From the NCBI GenBank assembly GCA_964433645.1, contig CAYSSK010000004.1, positions 2,989-66,988 on the forward strand: a DNA stretch of 64,000 nucleotides, written 5' to 3'. Below, one piece after another: positions 55,815 through 64,000 of the stretch. Source of the DNA: an uncultured Desulfofustis sp. Its GTDB lineage: Bacteria; Desulfobacterota; Desulfobulbia; Desulfobulbales; Desulfocapsaceae. A program made the position numbers and the translations under genes. How positions within the stretch are numbered: position 1 is the first letter of the stretch; each line of letters begins with the position of its first letter. Below the pieces are notes generated by a model, which was not told where the DNA came from, did not search any database, and saw only the letters and a program-made list of their open reading frames with translations.

Positions 55815-56546
55815 TCAACGTCCCCTTTTTTCCCAGAGCACCAGCGCGGCGGTGGCGGCGCGCTGCTCCGCCTCCTTTTTCGAGCCGGCCGTGCCGGTGC
55901 CGAGCACCTCGTCGTGAAACACTACCGAAACGCTGAACTGTTTGCGGTGCGACGGACCGTCCTCGCCGTCGAGTCGGTAGACCGGCGCCTCGTTATGGCG
56001 CTCCTGCACCATTTCCTGGAGACGGCTCTTGGCATCGCCGAGCAGCAATTCCTGTTTCTTTTGCTCGATTGCCTCGGTAAACAGTCGCTCCACGATTTCG
56101 GCAACGGTCGTATAATCGCTGTCCTCGAAAATCGCGCCGATCACCGCCTCGAAGGCGCAGGCGAGGATCGACGACTTGTTTCGGCCGCAGGACGCATCCT
56201 CGCCCTTGCCGAGGCAGAGAAAGCGCCCGAGATCAAGAGAGCGGGCCATATCGGCGAGGTGTCCTTCATTGACCAGCGACGACCGAAACCGGGTCAACTC
56301 GCCCTCGCGCATCTTGGGGTAACGACGGCAGAGCAGGTGCCCGATCACCAGATCGAGCACCGCATCGCCGATAAACTCCACTACCTGGTTGTCGTTACCG
56401 GCCTGCGCCTGCTCAAAAGCATAGGAGGGATGCACCACTGCTTTCTGCAGCAGACGCAGATCGGTAAAGCGGTACCCAAGGGTGGTCTCGAGCGCGGCGA
56501 GCAACTCCTTGTTCTGCTGTACCAGCGCCTCAACGGGGATTCCCAT
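55815..56546 (-). CDS. rnc: Ribonuclease III
   Basis: It carries the signature NQVVEFIGDAVLDLVIGHLL (ERLEFLGD-type), then GEGRSKKEAEQ-like GTGTAGSKKEAEQRAA in the dsRBD. Start placed at MGIPVE. Confidence 0.9.
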   Translation of the reverse strand: MGIPVEALVQQNKELLAALETTLGYRFTDLRLLQKAVVHPSYAFEQAQAGNDNQVVEFIGDAVLDLVIGHLLCRRYPKMREGELTRFRSSLVNEGHLADMARSLDLGRFLCLGKGEDASCGRNKSSILACAFEAVIGAIFEDSDYTTVAEIVERLFTEAIEQKKQELLLGDAKSRLQEMVQERHNEAPVYRLDGEDGPSHRKQFSVSVVFHDEVLGTGTAGSKKEAEQRAATAALVLWEKRGR

Positions 56547-56634
56547 GTCAGTGTCCTCTCGATTCTCCTCTATCTTTCCTCTTGTCAAAAGCATGATCTA
56601 TGGTATAAAGGACCTTCTTCGCCTGCGGGATGAC

Positions 56635-56710
56635 GGCGGCGTAGCCAAGTGGCCAAGGCAGTGGTCTGCAAAACCATTATTCAGCGGTTCAAATCCGCTC
56701 GCCGCCTCCA
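56635..56710 (+). tRNA. tRNA-Cys (GCA)
   Basis: Cloverleaf read by eye. Acceptor GGCGGCG/CGCCGCC, anticodon stem GTGGT/ACCAT with loop CT-GCA-AA, T arm AGCGG-TTCAAAT-CCGCT, discriminator T and encoded CCA. Confidence 0.9.
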
Positions 56711-56718
56711 ATAAAAAC

Positions 56719-56759
56719 AAGGAGTTATCGACTATACGTCGGTAGCTCCTTTTGTTTTT
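56719..56759 (+). terminator. Rho-independent terminator after tRNA-Cys
   Basis: AAGGAGTTATCGAC-TATAC-GTCGGTAGCTCCTT forms a 14-bp stem (2 G.U pairs), followed by TTGTTTTT. Confidence 0.7.
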
Positions 56760-57003
56760 ACTGCCGCGTGGTTGCCAGTATCGAAGCAAGCATCACCCGG
56801 GAAGCAGCGCCGAGGCTCTCCGTTTGCACGAGATGCCCGTAGATGTCAACGGTGACCCTGGTACCGCTGTATCCCCTGTGCACCTGGATATACTTTATGT
56901 TTCGGCCAAGGTCAATCCGTATACTGGTACCGTTCAAAATCAAGACCAACGAGAATACGGTACCGGTGGCGATAGTTATTCCTGCAAGCGAGTTTTTACC
57001 CCC
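56758..57003 (-). pseudogene. Tyrosine recombinase (phage-type integrase) C-terminal remnant
   Basis: An open frame with no proper start reads ...ITIATGTVFSLVLILNGTSIRIDLGRNIKYIQVHRGYSGTRVTVDIYGHLV... This parallels the integrase box II pattern H.LRHTFAS.L...G......IQ..LGHS....T.D.YGHL, but with the His/Arg positions lost. It is A/T-rich and abuts the tRNA-Cys 3' end. Confidence 0.5.
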
Positions 57004-57116
57004 CTCTCATTGACATCCCGGTATCCTCTTGGGGTTATCGCTTGGTTAGCATTGCCGGGTGTGGCCGTTTGTCCGATATAAATAAGAACTATGATCAGCA
57101 CCGCAAGGAAAAGCCA

Positions 57117-59429
57117 TTACTTCTTGGCAAAGGGAGCGGCGGCGCATAGAGCGCCGGTGGAGGCCAGCAGATACGCTCCCCCGACGGCCGGAGTCAGGGC
57201 GTCATAGCCGAACTGAAAGGCCAGCAGGGCGGCGCCCGGGGCGGCAAGGACCGCAACGGCTCCGTCAATTCCGCAGGCCCATGGAATTTGCCGCCCATCT
57301 CTTCCTGCCAGCAGGCGCACGCCAAGAGGAAACGGGACGCCCATCGGCACAGCGGCAAGCATCAGGAACAACAAAACAGCACCGCCCCTTACGACTGCCG
57401 GCCAGGCCATCAGCGAGGCAATCGCGAAATCAAGACCTTCAAGGGTTATGACCGTTAATCCTGCGATTACCAGTGTCGATCCCACCAACATCAGAGGTGT
57501 GGCGGCACCCCTGCGGCTTATGGCACTGCCGATTCCCATGCCACACAATAACGCGGTAATAACCAGGGCGACACTGGTCGGCGCGTTGCCCCACAGCGGC
57601 ATCAACCGCTGAATCAGGGCCACCTCGAACAGCATGAAACCGGCGCCCAGTCCGGTGAAATAGATCAGCGTAAATGGCTGACGGATCGGCGAGAGTGAAA
57701 GCGGGGCGAGCGGGCCGAGGACAAGAAGCAGGACCGCCGCCGCCAACAACAGGAGCAGCATCTGCAAAATGACCAGCCCCCGTTCGCTGACACTCAGAAA
57801 GTGCAGATCCGCGCCCCAATCACCGAGCCGCAGAAACTGATTGAAAAAGGGACGATCATCGCTCGGCGCCCGGATATCGAAGCGATATGAACTGCGCACA
57901 AGCTCCGGGTTCGGCCCAATCAAGGCGGCAACCATGTCATCGAGTACGTCCTCCGAAGATCCATGGTGCCGCACGGTCCGCCCCGGCGGCCACAGCAGAT
58001 CAAACCCCTTGCTGTCGGCAAAGGATTCTATCCGCCCAATAGAGTCAGGCCCGAACGGTCGCCGGCCCGCCAGCAACGTCAACGAGCCCCAACCGCGCAC
58101 GATGGCGATGTGATCCGCCGGCTGTTGAATCCCTCCCTCACGCAAGATGGTAACCGCCAGATCGACAATCCGCAGGGCATGACGCAACGGCTCGTCCAGC
58201 CACACATTAAAGGCAAGATACCCGGCGGGCGCCAGGTGACTGAAGGCGCGGCCTCCTGCCTCGACGGTGAACAACGAGTCTTCACCGAGTGTCTGCAAAC
58301 CGGTTGGCCCGCCGAACAGTCCGCGGACCGGAAAGACAACCAGATCGTAGGTGGAAAGATCGGTCCGTGCCAGGAAACGACGGGGATCGCTGATATCCAT
58401 CCGCGCGATATCCGGCAACAGGGGGCGAATCAGTCCGGCAATGCGGTGATGTGGTTCAACGATCGTCATGGCGGCAGAGCAGGCCCGGGCCAGGTGGAGA
58501 TACGGGGTGCCGCCGGGGGCGAGGAAGAGGACCGACTCGACCGCGCCGGCAATAAAAGGCAGGGCTCGCGGCGTTTCCGCGACTATCAGGGCGGCGGGAT
58601 CTTCTGGTGACAACAGAACGCCGGTCATATCGCCATCTACGAAAAGATGCGGCGGCGAAGGCACCGGGCCGCGATAGTGCAGGCTGAGATCGGGTGCATA
58701 GCGCAATGCCGGAGACTGCACGACATCGACACGCCCCAGGGGATGCGGCAGCGGGCCGGTTCGGCTGATGTCCGGCAGGTGCAGCGCCGAACTCACATCC
58801 TTGTACGGGGAGCGAGGCAGATCCGGCGCCTGCAGGGCAAGCACCACAATGGCCAACAGCGTCAGCACGAGCGGTATCTTGCGGGGCCGGGCCGGCAGGG
58901 CCGCCGCCCAGGCAAACAGGGCCAGGAACGGCACGATAGTCTCCGGCAGGCTCCAGCGCAGGGCCAACAATATCGTCGCCGCACCCGCCGCAGATCCGAG
59001 CAGATTGGCACCATAAAATCGGCCAATGCCCCGGGGCCTGGTTGAAAAAACAATGGAAAGCGCGGCCGCTCCGAAAAAAAACGGCAGCAACACGATACAG
59101 CCCAGCCCGATGAGACGGAGCCACTGCAGAGAATCGACGAACAGCAGATCGACTTCCAGACCGTGCAGAAGAGTCCGAGCCGGAAACGGCAACCAGGCGG
59201 TACTTACTGCGCAGAACAGCAGGGCCGGGCCGTAGAGACGCTCCAGTTTGATGCGGCTCAGCCTCGGCAGCAGGGTGAGCGCCGATCCTCCGGCGCCAAA
59301 TCCCAGCAGGGCAATGGAGAGTATCACATAGGCCAGATGATGCCCCTGAGCGTAGCCGACCGCCTGCATCAAAACGATCTGCAAGGCCAGCAGAAGAAAA
59401 GAGATCAGGGCAACGGAGAGCACGGTCAT
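57117..59429 (-). CDS. Polytopic membrane protein with central spermidine-synthase-like (class I methyltransferase fold) domain
   Basis: 770 aa. About 7 N-terminal TM segments are followed by a soluble region (VLFLAPGGTPYLHLA...VEPHHRI...YDLVVFP) resembling aminopropyl/methyltransferase folds, then about 6 C-terminal TM segments. Confidence 0.65.
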   Translation of the reverse strand: MTVLSVALISFLLLALQIVLMQAVGYAQGHHLAYVILSIALLGFGAGGSALTLLPRLSRIKLERLYGPALLFCAVSTAWLPFPARTLLHGLEVDLLFVDSLQWLRLIGLGCIVLLPFFFGAAALSIVFSTRPRGIGRFYGANLLGSAAGAATILLALRWSLPETIVPFLALFAWAAALPARPRKIPLVLTLLAIVVLALQAPDLPRSPYKDVSSALHLPDISRTGPLPHPLGRVDVVQSPALRYAPDLSLHYRGPVPSPPHLFVDGDMTGVLLSPEDPAALIVAETPRALPFIAGAVESVLFLAPGGTPYLHLARACSAAMTIVEPHHRIAGLIRPLLPDIARMDISDPRRFLARTDLSTYDLVVFPVRGLFGGPTGLQTLGEDSLFTVEAGGRAFSHLAPAGYLAFNVWLDEPLRHALRIVDLAVTILREGGIQQPADHIAIVRGWGSLTLLAGRRPFGPDSIGRIESFADSKGFDLLWPPGRTVRHHGSSEDVLDDMVAALIGPNPELVRSSYRFDIRAPSDDRPFFNQFLRLGDWGADLHFLSVSERGLVILQMLLLLLAAAVLLLVLGPLAPLSLSPIRQPFTLIYFTGLGAGFMLFEVALIQRLMPLWGNAPTSVALVITALLCGMGIGSAISRRGAATPLMLVGSTLVIAGLTVITLEGLDFAIASLMAWPAVVRGGAVLLFLMLAAVPMGVPFPLGVRLLAGRDGRQIPWACGIDGAVAVLAAPGAALLAFQFGYDALTPAVGGAYLLASTGALCAAAPFAKK

Positions 59430-59437
59430 GACCGCTT

Positions 59438-60178
59438 CTACCTCACGCCCGCATCTTCCCCACGGGTAAAGGGCACAAAACGTACCGGCAGCATATTTCT
59501 CGTGGTGATCTCCCCCTTTGTTTTCTCCACCAGGACCAGCTGTTGGACACGGAAGCGAGAGCCCACCGGGATGATCATCCGGCCGCCGTCCTTCAGCTGC
59601 TCGATCAAAGGCGGCGGAATGTGCGGCGTGGCGGCGGTTACGATGATGGCATCAAAGGGGGCATGCTCTTCCCAGCCGTAATAGCCATCGGCCTGCTTTA
59701 CCATGACGTTTTCATAGCCGGCCAACGCAAGCCGCTGCTGGGCCCACTTCGCCAGCGGGGCGATAATCTCGATGGTATAGACCGTCTCGACAAGTTCGGC
59801 CAGCACGGCAGCTTGATAACCAGAGCCCGCGCCGATCTCCAGCACCTTGAACGGTGGCTGCGGATCAATGAGCTCGGTCATCAGGGCAACGATATAGGGT
59901 TGGGAAATGGTCTGGCCGTGCCCTATGGGAAGAGGCCGGTCATCATAGGCGAACTCCACCTGGGAATCCGGAACAAACAGATGCCGCTCTGCGCTGCGCA
60001 TCGCCTCGAGTACCGGCGGTGCTTTCACGCCGCGCGCCTCAATCTGCTCGGCGACCATAGCCAGACGCCTTTTCTCCATGATGTCCGTTCCGTCTTGACC
60101 CAGACCTGCCGCCGGAAACCAGCCGCCCCGCAGGCCAAGAAGGGCCAGCAAGAAAAAGAGAAGCCATGTTCTTTTCAT
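59438..60178 (-). CDS. pcm: Protein-L-isoaspartate O-methyltransferase with N-terminal signal peptide
   Basis: PCMT motifs are present: GHGQTISQPYIVALMTE, the SAM site VLEIGAGSGYQAAVLA, and FDAIIVTAA...LKDGGRMIIPVG. The N-terminus MKRTWLLFFLLALLGLRGG looks like a secretion signal. Confidence 0.9.
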   Translation of the reverse strand: MKRTWLLFFLLALLGLRGGWFPAAGLGQDGTDIMEKRRLAMVAEQIEARGVKAPPVLEAMRSAERHLFVPDSQVEFAYDDRPLPIGHGQTISQPYIVALMTELIDPQPPFKVLEIGAGSGYQAAVLAELVETVYTIEIIAPLAKWAQQRLALAGYENVMVKQADGYYGWEEHAPFDAIIVTAATPHIPPPLIEQLKDGGRMIIPVGSRFRVQQLVLVEKTKGEITTRNMLPVRFVPFTRGEDAGVR

Positions 60179-60624
60179 GATGCACATCCTTGATTCGATT
60201 GTTGTTTCTTAGGTGCAAGCCGTCGCCTCGACCGGCAGGAGACGCCCCCCTCCGACCGGCCCGGCAACGCGCACTGGTGGTAAACTGTCCGCCTGTTTCT
60301 TACAGGCTATCTTTCTTTGGCTGATATTTCCAGATCTTTACCGCCGGAAAAGCCGAGGCGGGCAGGCACTTGCTCAAACGGCCCAGAGAAGATGAGCATG
60401 TTTTGCTGCTTTGGTTTGGCCGGCTCTTCGGTGGCACGGTTTATTTTGAAATGCCGGATGGAGCGACTGTTTGACACCGCGTTTGGCACCGCACCTGTCA
60501 CCTTCTCGCCTGCCGGCACCATCGCGAGTCGGCCGTCAGGAAAAACGGTTTCCGCTGACTATTGACACGGGGCTCTTCATTACCAAAGTCTCTCTATGTC
60601 TGTTATCGCAAGGAGGGCACCATT

Positions 60625-61248
60625 ATGGCCATACTCGAAATCTTTTCCGACTATATCTGACCCTGGTGTTATTTCATTACCGGGAGTATTGAAAAACTGA
60701 CTGATACCTACGACATCCAAATTCGCTGGCGAGCCTTTCCGCTCCATCCGGATACCCCGGAGGAGGGGCGCTCCCTGGAAGAGCTTTTTGCCGGCTCAAC
60801 CATCGACGTCGCGCAGATGCTCGCCCATCTCAGCCAGGTGGCCCAATCGCTTGGGCTCCCCCTTGGCACGCGAAAAATGACCTATAACAGCAGAGTGGCC
60901 CAGGAATTGGGGCTGTGGGCGGAAACGAGGGGAAAGGGCCACCGCTTTCACCTGGCGGCGTTCCACGCCTATTTCGCCAAGGGACAAAACCTGGCGAAAA
61001 AGGACGTCCTTCTCGAAATAGCCGCGGCGGCGGGACTCGACCCGGCCGACGCGGAGCAGGTCATTGAAAAACGATCCTTCAGCGCCCGCGTTCTCGCCGA
61101 CTGGCAGCTCTCCAGAGACAAAGGCGTCACCGCCGTTCCCACTTTTATCATGAACGACTCATCCCTGACCGGAGCCCGACCCTACGACGATCTTGTCCGC
61201 TTTGTCGAGTCGGCGGGAGCGGTGTCGGCTTATGATAGAGGGCGATGA
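60625..61248 (+). CDS. DsbA-family (FrnE/2-hydroxychromene-2-carboxylate-isomerase-like) thiol oxidoreductase with in-frame TGA (candidate selenocysteine) at 60658-60660
   Basis: AAGGAGG lies 7 nt upstream of ATG 60625. Translation gives MAILEIFSDYI-TGA-PWCYFITGSIEKL...IRWRAFPLHPDTPEEG..., continuing in frame without further stops into the ORF-track ORF 60817-61248 (...GVTAVPTFIMND...). The TGA occupies the first Cys of the family's CPWC redox motif. Confidence 0.7.
60662..60684 (+). other. Candidate SECIS-like hairpin immediately 3' of the in-frame TGA
   Basis: CCUGGU-(GUUAUUUCAUU)-ACCGGG forms a 6-bp stem (one G.U pair) starting 2 nt after the UGA, and the loop begins with GU. It is a modest structure and I did not evaluate its energy. 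Confidence 0.35.
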
Positions 61249-61284
61249 TCGGCCATCCGCTGGAAAACCCACAAGGAGCTCGAT

Positions 61285-63240
61285 ATGGGTGTCAATCTGA
61301 CCCGCAAGATCATTGAAGCACATCGTGTTGCAGGCAGCCCTCGGCCAGGCGAAGAGATAGCCCTCACAATAGATCATACCCTGTTGCAGGACGCCACCGG
61401 CACCATGGCGATGCTCGAATTCGAGTCGTTGGGGCTGGACCGGGTCCGGGTCGCTCTCGCCGCCCAGTATGTCGACCACAACCTGTTACAGACCGATTTC
61501 AGAAATGCCGATGATCACCGTTACCTGCAAAGCGCCTGCGCTCGTTACGGTGTGCATTACAGCATGCCGGGCAACGGCATCTCCCATCAGGTCCATCTGG
61601 AGAATTTCGGCAAACCCGGATTCACCCTGATCGGCGCCGACAGCCATACCCCGGCGGCGGCCGGTCTCTCCATGCTCGCCTTCGGCGCCGGCGGGCTCGA
61701 TGTCGCGCTGGCCATGGCGGGGCGTCCGTATTACCTGCCCTGTCCGAAGGTGCTGGGAGTAAGGCTCGACGGAAGGCTGCCGCCGTGGGTAAGCGCCAAG
61801 GACATCATCCTCGAGATGCTGCGACGCTATGGGGTCAAGGGATGCCGGGGAATGGTCGTGGAATATTTCGGCCCGGGCGTTGCCACCCTGTCCGTTGAGG
61901 ATCGAGCCGCCATCGGCAATATGGGAACGGAACTCGGGGCGACCAGTTCGATATTTCCTTCCGACGACAATACCCGGAAATATCTTGCCTCCCAGCAGCG
62001 GGAGGCGGACTGGCAGCCCATGGCAGCGGATGACAACGCGGGCTACGATGAATACGACGAGATAGATCTGGCCCGGGCCGAGCCGCTTATCGCCTGCCCG
62101 TCATCGCCCGGCAATGTCGTTGCCGTGAGTGAGGTGGCAGGCACCCGTGTCGACCAGGTCATTGTCGGCTCCAGCGCCAACAGCGGGCTGAAAGATCTGC
62201 TGCGGGTCTCTTCGATCGTCGAGGGCCGCCATAGCGCGCCCCATACCGATCTGCATATCAATCCCGGCAGCCGCCAGGTGCTTGAAAACGTGGTGGAGGC
62301 CGGAGGGCTGATGGCACTGATCAAGACAGGAGCCAAGATCCACCAGTCCGGCTGCCTGGGCTGCATCGGCATGGGCCAGGCCCCGGGTACCGGCCAGGTG
62401 AGTCTCCGCACCTTTCCCAGGAATTTCCCCGGCCGTTCCGGAACAAAGGACGACCAGGTCTACCTCTGCTCACCGGAGACCGCGGCGGCCGCGGCACTGA
62501 AAGGGGTCATAACGGACCCGCGCCTGCTGGCAGACGAGATGGCATACCCCGTGATCGATGATCCGGAGCTGCGGCTGGTGGACAGGTCTTCCATCATTTA
62601 CCCTTCGAGAGAGCTGCAGGCGACCGAAGTCGTACGCGGGCCGAATATCACGCCGTTTCCGGAACTTGCCCCGTTGCCGGAAAGTCTGCGGCTGCGGGTG
62701 GCCCTCAAGGTCGGGGACAATATTACAACGGATGCCATTATGCCGGCCGGTAATACGGTGCTGCCCCTGCGATCGAACATCGAAGCGATCAGCAGGTTTG
62801 TCTTCTATCAGACAGCCCCTGATTTCTACGAGCGTTGCCGTCTCCTTGGTGACGGCGCCGTGATCGGCGGCGAAAATTACGGCCAGGGGTCCAGCCGGGA
62901 ACATGCCGCCCTGGCCCCGCGCTTTCTCGGGATACGCCTCAAGCTGGCAAAAAGCTATGCCCGCATCCACAAGGCTAATCTGTGCAATTTCGGCATACTC
63001 CCGCTGATTTTTAAAAATCCTGCTGATTACGACCGGATAACCGATTCGTCGGTGATCGAAGTACCCGGCATCAGAGCCGGCATTGAACGAGGGGAAAAAG
63101 AGATTGGCATCAGGGTTGACGACCAGGAGATGATTGCCCTGCTGGAGGTTTCCGACCGGCAGCGGCAGAGCCTGCTTGCCGGCGGGACGTTGAATCTGGT
63201 GCGCCGGGAATTGGCGGAAGATCAGCACCTCGCTCCCTGA
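61285..63240 (+). CDS. Aconitate hydratase (aconitase-family, ~650-aa fused catalytic + swivel domain type)
   Basis: DHTLLQDATG, GADSHTPAAAG and the Fe-S ligands in GSSANSG...CLGCIGMGQAP. The C-terminal swivel domain has GENYGQGSSREHAAL. Confidence 0.9.
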   Translation: MGVNLTRKIIEAHRVAGSPRPGEEIALTIDHTLLQDATGTMAMLEFESLGLDRVRVALAAQYVDHNLLQTDFRNADDHRYLQSACARYGVHYSMPGNGISHQVHLENFGKPGFTLIGADSHTPAAAGLSMLAFGAGGLDVALAMAGRPYYLPCPKVLGVRLDGRLPPWVSAKDIILEMLRRYGVKGCRGMVVEYFGPGVATLSVEDRAAIGNMGTELGATSSIFPSDDNTRKYLASQQREADWQPMAADDNAGYDEYDEIDLARAEPLIACPSSPGNVVAVSEVAGTRVDQVIVGSSANSGLKDLLRVSSIVEGRHSAPHTDLHINPGSRQVLENVVEAGGLMALIKTGAKIHQSGCLGCIGMGQAPGTGQVSLRTFPRNFPGRSGTKDDQVYLCSPETAAAAALKGVITDPRLLADEMAYPVIDDPELRLVDRSSIIYPSRELQATEVVRGPNITPFPELAPLPESLRLRVALKVGDNITTDAIMPAGNTVLPLRSNIEAISRFVFYQTAPDFYERCRLLGDGAVIGGENYGQGSSREHAALAPRFLGIRLKLAKSYARIHKANLCNFGILPLIFKNPADYDRITDSSVIEVPGIRAGIERGEKEIGIRVDDQEMIALLEVSDRQRQSLLAGGTLNLVRRELAEDQHLAP

Positions 63241-63303
63241 GCGTACTGCCTCTCATCTGTGCTGAAAATCGGAACCCCGTTGTTTCGTTTTCTGTCGGCG
63301 GCG

Positions 63304-64000
63304 TCACACCGGAATGCCCCATATCTCGTTGGCGTATTGCCTGATCGTCCGGTCCGTGGAGAATTTACCCATGCGCGCGACGTTGAGTATCGCCATCCGC
63401 GTCCAGCGCTGCTGGTCGAGAAAGGCTTCGTTTACCTGGTTCTGGCAGTCGATATAGGCCTCGAAATCGCGAATCAGCAGATACTGGTCACGCGGACTCA
63501 TCAGGCTGTCGACCAATGGCTTGAACAGATTGCGATCGCCGAGCGAGAACGAGCCATCGGCCAGGGCTTCGATAACCTCATCCACCTCCGGATTTTCCCT
63601 GCAGATCTGCTCCGGGGTCCGGCTGTTGCGGATCCGCTCGTATTCCGCCTCTTCGGCGTTGAGGCCGAAAATGAAGATGTTCTCCTCACCGACCTCCTCG
63701 CGAATCTCGATATTGGCCCCGTCCAGCGTGCCGATGGTCAGGGCGCCGTTAAGGGCGAACTTCATGTTGCCGGTGCCTGACGCCTCGGTGCCGGCGGTTG
63801 AAATTTGCTCCGAGAGATCGGCCGCCGGGATTATTATCTCGGCCTGGCTGACGTTATAGTTGGGCAGGAAGACGACCCGCAGCCGGTCGCCGATGCGCGG
63901 ATCGTGATTGACCACCTCGGCGATCGAATTGATCAGCTTGATGATCAGCTTGGCCCGCCAATAAGACGGTGCCGCCTTGCCGGCAAAGATAACGGTGCGC
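63304..64000 (-). CDS. glgP: Glycogen/alpha-glucan phosphorylase, C-terminal part (gene continues beyond window end)
   Basis: [96 protein letters not shown] includes the PLP-Lys motif [10 protein letters not shown]. The frame is open to position 64000. Confidence 0.9.
   Translation of the reverse strand, partial: RTVIFAGKAAPSYWRAKLIIKLINSIAEVVNHDPRIGDRLRVVFLPNYNVSQAEIIIPAADLSEQISTAGTEASGTGNMKFALNGALTIGTLDGANIEIREEVGEENIFIFGLNAEEAEYERIRNSRTPEQICRENPEVDEVIEALADGSFSLGDRNLFKPLVDSLMSPRDQYLLIRDFEAYIDCQNQVNEAFLDQQRWTRMAILNVARMGKFSTDRTIRQYANEIWGIPV

Noticed and set aside
60431-60500. TGGCAC words upstream of the selenoprotein candidate as sigma54 promoters.
   Set aside because: The required GC dinucleotide 12 nt downstream of the GG is absent. 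The sequences are TGGCACGGTTTATTTT and TGGCACCGCACCTGTC.
1-64000. Search for CRISPR arrays, rRNA genes and further tRNAs.
   Set aside because: I saw no regularly spaced direct repeats of 24-40 bp anywhere and no rRNA-like conserved stretches. Only the tRNA-Cys cloverleaf was found. This was a visual scan, so a degenerate or very short array could be missed.

Overview
This is a 64-kb bacterial chromosomal window. Gene content suggests an anaerobic Desulfobacterota (deltaproteobacterium-like) host: indolepyruvate:ferredoxin oxidoreductase, a c3-type multihaem cytochrome with FeS and NrfD partners, a sigma54 activator, and a selenoprotein candidate. That host assignment is inference only. All compositional statements are by eye, and nothing was computed or searched.

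(1) 1-23.1 kb is a visibly A/T-rich accessory polysaccharide island on the minus strand. It carries two LbH acetyltransferases, a flippase-like membrane protein, a pyruvyl transferase, an epimerase, a GT4, asnB, an FrhB-like Fe-S protein, GtrA, a GT-C-like membrane protein and an FAD oxidoreductase. A more G+C-rich block flanked by IS remnants splits the island and carries a tripartite ABC efflux operon (8.2-13.1 kb). The island is also scarred by degenerate IS1634-type copies, a truncated acetyltransferase paralogue, a truncated DDE transposase and a glutamine-synthetase 3' remnant.

(2) 24-37.1 kb is a G+C-rich core run on the minus strand: iorAB, paaK, an ACT protein, livKHMGF, a second paaK, rph, a PNPOx-family protein and glyA.

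(3) 37.3-49.8 kb is a plus-strand regulatory and membrane block. It contains a CBS/ACT protein; a soluble GAF-PAS histidine kinase, a membrane PAS protein and a sigma54 activator; an IS1595-like ORF overlapping ftsH; a 5-haem cytochrome c, a Tat FeS protein and an NrfD-like protein; and two paralogous small membrane proteins.

(4) 49.8-64 kb is housekeeping: a HAD hydrolase, an aminotransferase, a rubredoxin-membrane fusion, an ABC-F protein, a radical SAM protein, rnc, tRNA-Cys with an integrase remnant, a spermidine-synthase-like membrane protein, pcm, a DsbA/FrnE-like gene, aconitase and a partial glgP.

No rRNA genes or CRISPR arrays were seen.

The best hunt results are:
(a) A DsbA/FrnE-like gene whose redox-motif Cys codon is an in-frame TGA (U-P-W-C), a selenoprotein candidate that the ORF track splits.
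(b) A recurrent CCACA-N4-TGTGG palindrome, confined to intergenic DNA around the kinase/activator locus and associated with -24/-12 type promoters. This defines a putative local sigma54 regulon whose clearest target is a pair of uncharacterised small membrane proteins.
(c) IS-mediated remodelling of the polysaccharide island.

Start codons are best guesses from RBS and homology logic.
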